Origin: Ignavibacteriales bacterium
Lineage (GTDB): Bacteria; Bacteroidota; Ignavibacteria; UBA10030; SZUA-254
Length of the DNA: 64,000 bases
NCBI GenBank assembly: GCA_016218025.1
Contig: JACRFD010000070.1
Location: 2,745 to 66,744, forward strand
Direction of reading: 5' to 3'
Below are positions 57,187 to 64,000 of the stretch, in pieces (within the stretch, counting starts at the first letter, position 1; each line of letters begins with the position of its first letter). Both the position numbers and the translations under genes were made by a program. The notes under the pieces are model-generated. The model was not told the origin of the DNA, made no database searches, and was given only the letters and a program-made list of their open reading frames with translations.

Positions 57187-57270
57187 CTATTTATTAAAAT
57201 ACATTTCTTTCTGAACTGTTTACAAAAAATTTGATCAAATGCCATCCACGAATAATTCGTGAACGAAATG

Positions 57271-58335
57271 TTATTTCTTCTTTATCTGTTTTTTTACGAT
57301 TTTAATCATCTTCCCAAACTGCTTATCCTTCTTTCGTCTCTCCACATATGACATTTGATGAAACTTAGATTCCTTAATTAATTTCATGTAACTCTGATAT
57401 CTCTCCTCATCTAAGTTTCCGGTTTGAACCGCCGTCAAGATCGCGCAGCCGACTTCCACAGTGTGGGCGCAATCGTTGAACCGACAATTCTGAGAAAGTT
57501 CTTGAATATCAGAAAAGCTGTCATCTATACTCGTACCAGCAGCGATCATACCCAGCTCCCTCATTCCCGGTGTATCAATGAGAAATGCTCCGTTGTCAAG
57601 AACTACTAATTGCCGACGTGATGTTGTATGTCTTCCTCTGCTGTCCTTCTCGCGCACGGGGTTTGTCTCAAATACTTCATCCCCTAAAAGATGATTGAGG
57701 AGCGTAGTTTTGCCTACACCCGATGACCCAAGCAAACAATATGTCTTTCCCTTTTCAAGCACCTGTTGTACTGTATCCAATCCAATATCAGTCTTGTTGC
57801 TGAATGTAATTACCCTTGCGTTGATTTGAGCTTGCCTGATTTCTGAAATTCTTTTTTCTAATTCTTCAGAACTGACAAGATCACTTTTGCTAAGAAGGAT
57901 TATTGGCTCTACATGACCTTCTTTTGCCATAACAAGGTATCGCTCCAGCCGGCGCAAATTGAAATTGAAATCGCATGATTGGATTATGAAAGCAATATCG
58001 ATATTCGATGCAATCATTTGGTAATCAACTGTGTTACCGGCAGATTTGCGGCGCAGGAAAGTTTTCCTTGGCAACAATTCATGAATTATTGCAAGTGTGC
58101 CATCGTTATAGTACTGCACGAACACCCAATCTCCCACACAAGGAAGATCTTGACTTGAATCGGTAAAGAAGAGAAGCTTGCCTGTTGGTTCTGCTTGAAT
58201 TTCATTCTCTTCATTCCTAACAAGATATCGATTCCGGTCAACTCTTGTTATCCGGGCAATGCTAAAATCCAGTTTCTGCGATTCTTCTCGCTTCTTTTGA
58301 AACCAACTATTAAATCCTAGGTCTGCTAATTCCAT
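57271..58335 (-). CDS. rsgA: Ribosome small-subunit-dependent GTPase A
   Basis: OB-fold N-terminus. Circularly permuted GTPase motifs 'LLSKSDL', 'LLGSSGVGKTTLLN' and 'DTPGMRE'. Zinc knuckle 'CRFNDCAHTVEVGCA'. Confidence 0.9.
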   Translation of the reverse strand: MELADLGFNSWFQKKREESQKLDFSIARITRVDRNRYLVRNEENEIQAEPTGKLLFFTDSSQDLPCVGDWVFVQYYNDGTLAIIHELLPRKTFLRRKSAGNTVDYQMIASNIDIAFIIQSCDFNFNLRRLERYLVMAKEGHVEPIILLSKSDLVSSEELEKRISEIRQAQINARVITFSNKTDIGLDTVQQVLEKGKTYCLLGSSGVGKTTLLNHLLGDEVFETNPVREKDSRGRHTTSRRQLVVLDNGAFLIDTPGMRELGMIAAGTSIDDSFSDIQELSQNCRFNDCAHTVEVGCAILTAVQTGNLDEERYQSYMKLIKESKFHQMSYVERRKKDKQFGKMIKIVKKQIKKK

Positions 58336-58376
58336 TTGCTATTATCGGTATAATATTTTTTGTAATATACGTCGAC

Positions 58377-58422
58377 GTGCGACTCACCTTCAAGGTAGAA
58401 TACGACTGGAAGTAAGTCGCAC
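58377..58422. repeat. GTGCGACTCAC-type palindromic element, copy 1
   Basis: GTGCGACTCACCT...(loop TCAAGGTAGAATACGACTGG)...AAGTAAGTCGCAC. It sits between the stop of the 58431 gene and the start of rsgA. Confidence 0.75.
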
Positions 58423-58430
58423 ATTTTCCT

Positions 58431-58985
58431 TTACTCTGTCTTTTTCAATATAACTTTTGAATAAACCTCAAACTCCTTATCGGGTGGAGCAAGCTCGAAC
58501 GTTTCCGAAAATTCGTTATCACCAAGTATTTGATATGTTTCTTTTGCGCGCCATCCGGGCTTTATATTCTCAATCGATTCGGAAATAAAAACCATCCTTT
58601 TACCATCGGCAGAAATACTCTCGAGCTTATACTGGTTCACAAATCCTTCGATGTGAAATTGCCTGAGAATAAAAGTGTTTCTCAATTTATCGAAGCTGAT
58701 ATACCCGACATCTTCATGAACCTCACCTTTGGGATTATTCTCTGAAGGCGGATAAACAGATTTATTGTGAACCTCAATGAATTTTTTGTTGAATATAAAT
58801 TGATATTTGCGTTCATAGTTCCCTTCGCCCGATTCACCACCACCTTTGCCTGTCCAACTGCCGACAAAGAACTTAAAAGGCTTCCAAATGCTGTCTTGCT
58901 TTGTAGTTTGTCCGAATGCTAGAATAGGAAAAAGCAGAATTGCCGCAATAAATATATTTCTGTTGAGCAAATGTTTTGATGTCAT
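58431..58985 (-). CDS. Secreted protein, DUF1579/lipocalin-like (tentative)
   Basis: Signal peptide 'IFIAAILLFPILAFGQ'. 'FVGSWTGKGGGESGEG' resembles the DUF1579 start. Confidence 0.45.
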   Translation of the reverse strand: MTSKHLLNRNIFIAAILLFPILAFGQTTKQDSIWKPFKFFVGSWTGKGGGESGEGNYERKYQFIFNKKFIEVHNKSVYPPSENNPKGEVHEDVGYISFDKLRNTFILRQFHIEGFVNQYKLESISADGKRMVFISESIENIKPGWRAKETYQILGDNEFSETFELAPPDKEFEVYSKVILKKTE

Positions 58986-59011
58986 AATAACCTATATTTT
59001 GAGTTGACTGA

Positions 59012-59392
59012 TTATTTTTCTCCCAGAGTCTCTTTAAGTTTGCTAAAAGGTATTAGCTCTACTCTTTCAACCGAGACAATATCGCCTTTCGGTCCCACAT
59101 TCACTAATCCGAGAATATGCATAGTCATCGGATTAGCTTTGCGTCGCTCACTTTCATGTTTCTGTGCTATCAGTGCGGAATACTGGCATCCTGCAGCACC
59201 ACACAAGGAGTTATAAAGCACAACAGTAGGCTTGGCAAACTCGCCTCTCTCACCAAATTCCCTTTGCGCTTTGATAATTTCAGGGCAATCCAGAAAAGCC
59301 TGAATGAGTTGCTTTTCGCTCACTCGCTCCTGTGCATTTGCGAATGAGACTATAAACATTGCTATTAAAACAAACGCAATTACTATTTTCAT
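59012..59392 (-). CDS. Small secreted hypothetical protein
   Basis: Signal peptide 'MKIVIAFVLIAMFIVSFANAQ'. No recognised motifs. Four Cys. Confidence 0.5.
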   Translation of the reverse strand: MKIVIAFVLIAMFIVSFANAQERVSEKQLIQAFLDCPEIIKAQREFGERGEFAKPTVVLYNSLCGAAGCQYSALIAQKHESERRKANPMTMHILGLVNVGPKGDIVSVERVELIPFSKLKETLGEK

Positions 59393-59416
59393 CTTTTGTT
59401 TATCTCCTATTTAGAA

Positions 59417-59463
59417 GTGCGACTCACCTTCAAGGTAGAATCACGACTGGAGGTGAGTCGCAC
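59417..59463. repeat. GTGCGACTCAC-type palindromic element, copy 2
   Basis: Perfect 13-bp stem GTGCGACTCACCT / AGGTGAGTCGCAC with loop TCAAGGTAGAATCACGACTGG. Located between genes 59012-59392 and 59475-59990. Confidence 0.8.
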
Positions 59464-59474
59464 ATTCCGTTTAT

Positions 59475-59990
59475 TTATTTCCTTGTCAGCTTCACGCGCG
59501 CGAAGGGTTGAAGTTTTCCCTTCACTTCATTATCCATCTGCCATTGCCAGGTATCTGTACTTCTGATGTACACGAATGTTGTGTGGAAGATGCTGCCGTC
59601 ACTGCCTTTGAATAAGAACGCAAGCTTATCCACGCTCCGTTTTGCATGACCGATTGCCTGAGCCGAGAGACCTCCGCCGCCTGTCACGTCGAGCCAAAGA
59701 CAAGCGTACCTGCTCGATGGTTGGTCCCAGCCGATATAAACGATTGCTTCATACTCCGCTTCACCATTAGCGTTCTTTTCGCGTGAGGTTTCGTGAAGTT
59801 GCAGGTACTGATGACCCAGCACCCATTCTGCGATGATATCGTGTATAGTTTCTTTTCCATCTATGGTTCCCTTAAGAACCCACGTCCCTGCCATATGATC
59901 AAGCAAGGAATCCTGAAATGTCGTTTGCTGCGCCAACATGGGTAACGAAACCAAAATAACTAATAAGATGATTTTCATGATTGTTTTCAT
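59475..59990 (-). CDS. Secreted protein, DUF1579/lipocalin-like (tentative)
   Basis: I chose the ATG at 59990 ('MKTIMKIILLVILVSLPMLAQQ' signal peptide). The track start at 60119 would overlap the upstream gene. 'MAGTWVLKGTIDGKE' resembles DUF1579. Confidence 0.5.
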   Translation of the reverse strand: MKTIMKIILLVILVSLPMLAQQTTFQDSLLDHMAGTWVLKGTIDGKETIHDIIAEWVLGHQYLQLHETSREKNANGEAEYEAIVYIGWDQPSSRYACLWLDVTGGGGLSAQAIGHAKRSVDKLAFLFKGSDGSIFHTTFVYIRSTDTWQWQMDNEVKGKLQPFARVKLTRK

Positions 59991-60075
59991 TGTATGCTTC
60001 CTTAAATAAATGTGATGGGCTATTCTAAGGCAACTTTTTCCTTTTTTAAAGTGGTTAGGTGGTAACAAGAAAATA

Positions 60076-60747
60076 TCACCACTTAAATTTTGGCCATTCT
60101 TCGAAGTCGATAGAATCATTTAGCTTAATACCTTTTTGCCCAACCATTGATTTCAGATTCTCTGTAAAAGAACTATAATCTTTTGAACCAAATGAAATCA
60201 TTCTAAGAATATCAGGAAGTAATTTAAAGCGGTCTTTGCCTGATTTCCCTCGAGTAACATATTCTTGTGAGCAAGAATAAATAAAATCAAAATTATATTG
60301 AGTTGGAAACCCACCGAAAGAAGTATACCAATCTATACACCATTTTCCAGTTATTGGGTCATATGATTTCAAAGCCTCTTCAGCGCATGCTTCTAATCTA
60401 AAAATATCGGCTTGATGTGATTTACTTGTTGGATGATAGGCAGCTAGCCGTCGCAACAAACCAAGCTGAACGAGAAATATTGGCCAGAGAATTTTCACCC
60501 CGTAATACAACACTTTTTCATCTTTATAATGAGTAGAGTCAAGGATCTCTCTGTGTCGTTGGTATGCATGTCGAATGTCATATGCAAGATAGAGAACAAA
60601 ATCTGATAACTTATCCTCGATTAAATCAAGTTCAGCAAGTTCGTGGATGGTTGTGTGAAGATTTTTTAGATCCCAGTAGTCGCCATACAATATAATTCCT
60701 GCGCCGTATTTTGTTGGTTTTGAAAATAACATAAAACACAAAAGCAA
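60076..60747 (-). CDS. Hypothetical cytoplasmic protein of unknown family
   Basis: 223-aa ORF that follows the 60749 gene with a 1-nt gap. The start is TTG 60747 or ATG 60732. Trp/Tyr-rich, with no recognised motifs. Confidence 0.5.
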   Translation of the reverse strand: MLLCFMLFSKPTKYGAGIILYGDYWDLKNLHTTIHELAELDLIEDKLSDFVLYLAYDIRHAYQRHREILDSTHYKDEKVLYYGVKILWPIFLVQLGLLRRLAAYHPTSKSHQADIFRLEACAEEALKSYDPITGKWCIDWYTSFGGFPTQYNFDFIYSCSQEYVTRGKSGKDRFKLLPDILRMISFGSKDYSSFTENLKSMVGQKGIKLNDSIDFEEWPKFKW

Positions 60748-60748
60748 T

Positions 60749-61261
60749 TTAGTTGGATGATGTCCTTTTTTCTATCTTTGTCTTCGCTATCTTTATTGCG
60801 TCAAGAGCATCCTGCTTGGACTTAAATGTATAGTTTGCTAGGATTCTTCCTTGTTCGTTATCGATATTGCTAGTTGGGAAAAATTTCATATTGAAGAATT
60901 TCTCGTAGAGCAAGATGAACTGAATTAGATTCGAGTATGCAGTCGAGATAATATTGAGGAGCTCTGGGTCATCAATCCACTTGATCTCGCCACCATCTGA
61001 AAAAGACTTCCACGATTCTATTCGAAGATAATTGTACGTACTGAAAATATTGTCATCTATTTTGACGAGGGCGGTAAGATTGTAGTCAAGCTCGTTCTTG
61101 ATCAAGTTAAGGATTAACTTAGATCGTTTTTCCTTTTCGGCAAAGCGCAATTTTTCCTGCCTGCTTTGTGCGTATTTTTCAAGTTTGATTGCACCTACGA
61201 GAGCAAGTGCAACACCTAGTACCGTAGAGAGAAAGTCAGACCAAAATTGAGAAAAGTCCAT
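60749..61261 (-). CDS. Hypothetical N-terminally membrane-anchored protein
   Basis: One TM helix 'FLSTVLGVALALVGAI', a charged helix 'EKYAQSRQEKLRFAEKEKRSK', then a roughly 110-aa domain of unknown family. Confidence 0.5.
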   Translation of the reverse strand: MDFSQFWSDFLSTVLGVALALVGAIKLEKYAQSRQEKLRFAEKEKRSKLILNLIKNELDYNLTALVKIDDNIFSTYNYLRIESWKSFSDGGEIKWIDDPELLNIISTAYSNLIQFILLYEKFFNMKFFPTSNIDNEQGRILANYTFKSKQDALDAIKIAKTKIEKRTSSN

Positions 61262-61396
61262 TCTAATGCTTTTATGAATAAAGTGCCTTGGTGCAAACTG
61301 ACTGTAATTATCCTGCCATATTGCCTGATAACATTCTTGTGGCAGAAAATGCAGGGGTAAAATACTATTCTTATCTTAGAAAGTCAACTTGCCCAA

Positions 61397-61443
61397 GTGC
61401 GACTCACTTCCACCCCAGATCCATAATTGAAAGTGAGTCGCAC
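61397..61443. repeat. GTGCGACTCAC-type palindromic element, copy 3
   Basis: Perfect 13-bp stem GTGCGACTCACTT / AAGTGAGTCGCAC. The loop (CCACCCCAGATCCATAATTGA) is unrelated to copies 1 and 2. The C-to-T change in the left arm is matched by G-to-A in the right arm. Confidence 0.8.
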
Positions 61444-61488
61444 ATCCATTCAAGCAAAATAATATTTATCTTGTCTAGATGAATCACA

Positions 61489-61544
61489 GCTGTCACGGTC
61501 CATACCGTGACAGCCTCCTTCGGTCACGAAATGGTTCGTGACCG
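61489..61544. repeat. Two back-to-back perfect hairpins. The second is a GTCACGAA/TTCGTGAC-type element
   Basis: GCTGTCACGGT-CCAT-ACCGTGACAGC (61489-61514) and CGGTCACGAA-ATGG-TTCGTGACCG (61521-61544). Confidence 0.75.
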
Positions 61545-61691
61545 CTAAACAGTTTCTTAAATCATTTCATTTACTAACCAATTATTGAAAGAACTCTCTC
61601 CCATCCAATCAGCAATCCAATGAATAGATCAGAAGTTCTTGCAATCAATATTTGCATTTTATTTGGGAAAGTAGTAAAATAAGCAAAATTG

Positions 61692-61745
61692 AACCGCTCC
61701 CGTATAAAGTTTTTATTAAACTTATTGGAGCGGTTTTGTTTTTTC
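61692..61745 (+). terminator. Terminator-like hairpin plus T-tract inside the long non-coding region
   Basis: AACCGCTCC, a 26-nt AT-rich loop, GGAGCGGTT, then TTGTTTTTTC. No credible ORF lies upstream of it. Confidence 0.3.
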
Positions 61746-61895
61746 TGAATTTCATACAAAATCTAAAATTTCCCGTTGCCAATTCCTCTGGCAGCGCAGT
61801 ATATCTCCCCTTTCATCATCTGTTTTCAACCCTTGTTTATCAAATTCCTCCAATTCATATAAATTTCATTAATCGGTTGACTTGTTTTATAAAAT

Positions 61896-62294
61896 ACAAG
61901 ACAACTTTTCCAAAAAACATGTCTGTTATTCCCAAAAACAAAACAACATTTTCTAAAATCAAGTCTGTTCTTCTAAAAAACAAGTCAACATTTATAAAAA
62001 ACAAATCTGTTTTCTTCATAAACAGGACAACATTTTTATTAAACAGACTTGTTTTAGCTGAAAACAAATCAACATTTACGAAAAACAAGTTTGTTTTTCT
62101 AAAAAGCAAGTCAACATTATTAGAAAGCAGAACAACTTTTGTAATAAACAAGTCTGTTTCTCTTGGGAACAGAACAATTTTTTCGAGAAACAAGTCATCA
62201 TTCCCGCAAAACAGATCAACTTTATCACGATTCAAGTTTGTATTCACGTTAAACAAATCACCTCCTATAAAAAGCAGGTGAACATTTATAAAAA
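61896..62294. repeat. Array of 19 tandem 21-bp repeats in perfect register, with partial 42-bp superperiodicity
   Basis: Every unit is exactly 21 nt. The consensus is ACA(A/G)(G/A)TC(A/T)(A/G)(C/T)(A/T)TTT....AAA. Units 1-11 alternate between '..CAAC(A/T)TTT' and '..(C/T)TGTT' forms. The latter build the dyad AAACA-AGTC-TGTTT. The array ends 80 nt before the FN3 gene ATG. Confidence 0.9.
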
Positions 62295-62374
62295 CTTAAT
62301 CAATTTCAATTACAAACAAGACATCCTACATCGGAGTCAAACCGGTGAGGAGATTTGAAAGGAGCAATAATATC

Positions 62375-62998
62375 ATGGGTAAAATAAAATTAAATTTGCG
62401 CAATCTGAATGTAACAGAAAAAATACAGTTCGCACGTCAGATTGTAACAGGAATAACAGGCAATGCATCGTTCCCCACACCCGATCCACCGCTTGCAACA
62501 ATAACAAACTGTGCAACCGATCTGGAAAATGCTTTCAACGATGCTAATGTTGCAAAGCAAGAAGCAAATACAAAGGTTTCTATTCAGGACGGAAAAGAAA
62601 ATGTTTTGGATATCAATCTTCAAAAGCTTGCCAACTATGTTGAAAGTGCAAGCAACGGCGACGATGCAAAAATACAAAGCGCAGGTATGAGCATTCGCGC
62701 AAAAGGTGTCCCGATTGGTGCGCTTTCTTTGCCATCTGCTTTATCTGCTACGGCAGGCGCTAAGGAAGGCGAAATAGTTTTAAGATGGGATCGTGTTACA
62801 GGTGCAAAGAGTTACATAGTTGAACAAAGTGCCGATCAAATTACATCAACAAGCTGGAAGTATGCAGGTGTATCAACAAAAGCGAGCATAATTATTTCAG
62901 GTTTAACGAGCGGAACGAAATACTGGTTCCGTGTTGCAGGTATTGGTGCAGCCGGGCAAGGCGCATGGAGCGATCCGGCAACAAAGTATGCACCTTAA
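62375..62998 (+). CDS. Helical-N-terminus + fibronectin type III domain protein of unknown function
   Basis: I prefer the ATG at 62375 (AAAGGAG 10 nt upstream) over the track GTG at 62345. The FN3 domain reads 'GEIVLRWDRVTGAKSYIVEQS...LTSGTKYWFRVAGIGAAGQGAWS'. There is no signal peptide. Confidence 0.7.
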   Translation: MGKIKLNLRNLNVTEKIQFARQIVTGITGNASFPTPDPPLATITNCATDLENAFNDANVAKQEANTKVSIQDGKENVLDINLQKLANYVESASNGDDAKIQSAGMSIRAKGVPIGALSLPSALSATAGAKEGEIVLRWDRVTGAKSYIVEQSADQITSTSWKYAGVSTKASIIISGLTSGTKYWFRVAGIGAAGQGAWSDPATKYAP

Positions 62999-63008
62999 TT
63001 CCCTTTTC

Positions 63009-63047
63009 GTCACGAAATCCTCTGCGGCTTAGGCAGAGGTTCGTGAC
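63009..63047. repeat. GTCACGAA/TTCGTGAC-type element with a nested inner hairpin, 11 nt after the FN3 gene stop
   Basis: GTCACGAA-AT-CCTCTGC-GGCTTAG-GCAGAGG-TTCGTGAC. The outer arms match 61522-61543. No T-tract follows. Confidence 0.7.
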
Positions 63048-63094
63048 CGCCATGCATATTTATACTAAAATAATAATTCCGATAGCTCGGATAT

Positions 63095-64000
63095 CTATTT
63101 CGAAATTATTTTCAAAGCGTTCGCTCCATTGGCGCAGTAGATGATATCAATTTTTCCGGTTGATTCAACGACAACATTCGACGACTTTGATTTAACTGAT
63201 ACGGGAAGTTTTTCTGCCACCAATGCACCCGTTTTATTTCTTGTGAGATATAATTCGGAAGTTGAAAGATTGGTGTAACTGATATATGCTTTCCCGTTAA
63301 CATCTGTGGCAATGCCTGCCTCGGTCCAATTAGCTAAAGAATCTATCTTCGCAATCACACCGTTATTGTAAATATTCAAATGTTTATCGTCATAATTCCA
63401 ATAAGGTATAAGAACCGAGCCGTTTGTTTTATTTATTGCAATATCGGGTGACCATCCCTTATCATCACCGGAACTCGGAACACCAACGATGATATTATTA
63501 CTGCTCAAGGTGCCGGTTGAAGTGATCGTTTGAAGATGAAGTGTTCCTTCACCGCCATGTTCATAGGCAACATAAACGTTATTACTCGCATCTAAGGCAA
63601 GTCGTGGTCGAACATTAGCCCAGTAAGAACCAATCCGTGCAGGACTGCTCCATGCACCCGAAAGATTGTTTGTATAAAGTAAATCTGTACCGTCGTTACC
63701 GTAAGTGATATGCACTTTTCCTGTTGATGTTACGGCAATGCCGCATCCACTCAAGGATGATCCGACTGAATAGGCAATTTTTGTTTTTATCCATGTACCG
63801 CTTTTATTTGTTGCATACATTATCGCAGAAGTGTCGGTTATCGTTTGTCCAACCACATTGTAAACGATATGAACAAATCCGCTTCCATCAACAGCTATAT
63901 CATTATACACCGACATGGTTGTAGAGATATTCTCAGGATGGATCATGGTTGTAACCCAAGAGCCGGATTTATTTGTTGCATATTTTAAACCGAGGTTGAA
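63095..64000 (-). CDS. Repeat (beta-propeller-like) protein, 5'-truncated by the window edge
   Basis: The frame stays open past the track ATG to nt 64000 ('FNLGLKYATNKSGSWVTT' precedes 'MIHP'). A roughly 45-aa repeat 'G..HI.Y.......L.YATN.SG.W' recurs. Confidence 0.6.
   Translation of the reverse strand, partial: FNLGLKYATNKSGSWVTTMIHPENISTTMSVYNDIAVDGSGFVHIVYNVVGQTITDTSAIMYATNKSGTWIKTKIAYSVGSSLSGCGIAVTSTGKVHITYGNDGTDLLYTNNLSGAWSSPARIGSYWANVRPRLALDASNNVYVAYEHGGEGTLHLQTITSTGTLSSNNIIVGVPSSGDDKGWSPDIAINKTNGSVLIPYWNYDDKHLNIYNNGVIAKIDSLANWTEAGIATDVNGKAYISYTNLSTSELYLTRNKTGALVAEKLPVSVKSKSSNVVVESTGKIDIIYCANGANALKIISK

Noticed and set aside
61652-62281. 209-aa plus-strand ORF (and the 133-aa minus-strand ORF at 61855-62256) running through the 21-bp repeat array and reading as heptads such as 'NKSTFIK'
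   Set aside because: Both strands are open only because the repeat consensus lacks stop codons in one frame each, and 21 is a multiple of 3. The first codon of each heptad is AAC in 14 of 19 units (otherwise AGC, ATC or TTC) and is never the synonymous AAT, despite the AT-rich genome. Other codons vary at all three positions. This is DNA-motif conservation, not codon-level conservation. There is no RBS or sensible start near the array.
61896-62294. Possible CRISPR array
   Set aside because: The period is 21 nt with only an 11-14-nt conserved core. Nothing spacer-sized sits between the repeats. There is no leader/cas context anywhere in the window.

Overview
This is a 64-kb window of an AT-rich bacterial chromosome. 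I infer an Ignavibacteria-like member of the FCB group from two T9SS-type C-terminal sorting domains, a bacillithiol bshB1 gene and the general gene content. The window has three parts.

(1) 0-13 kb is mixed accessory DNA. It holds a 5'-truncated ABC-F ATPase and a compact MvaI/BcnI-type type II restriction-modification pair. Next comes a 6-kb block of four exported-protein genes, bracketed by a duplicated 5' fragment of a UDG-family gene. A PAS-GAF-PAS membrane sensor follows, ending in an orphan four-cysteine module instead of a known output domain.

(2) 13-34.6 kb is a housekeeping core: bshB1, xseAB, dxs, ribD/ribE, secG, tRNA-Lys(CTT), tmRNA, dapF, purL, accC/BCCP, mutS2, cvpA, a thioredoxin cluster and an acylating ALDH.

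(3) 34.7-64 kb is accessory. It has a 1,283-aa SBBP-repeat protein and a 4,833-aa (14.5 kb) multi-lectin / beta-propeller / beta-helix protein. The two share a C-terminal region of about 570 aa, a nearly identical T9SS sorting domain and a conserved hairpin just past the stop codon. A Ser/Thr kinase follows whose start region is a 97-bp tandem repeat forming a chain of overlapping uORFs. After rsgA come small secreted or unknown genes punctuated by two families of palindromic hairpin elements. A 1.1-kb non-coding stretch then contains an indel-free array of 19 x 21-bp repeats immediately upstream of an FN3-domain gene.

I recognised no CRISPR array, transposase, integrase, reverse transcriptase or prophage genes. 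All calls come from reading the sequence and ORF translations by eye. No database search was run, so family names rest on motif recognition.
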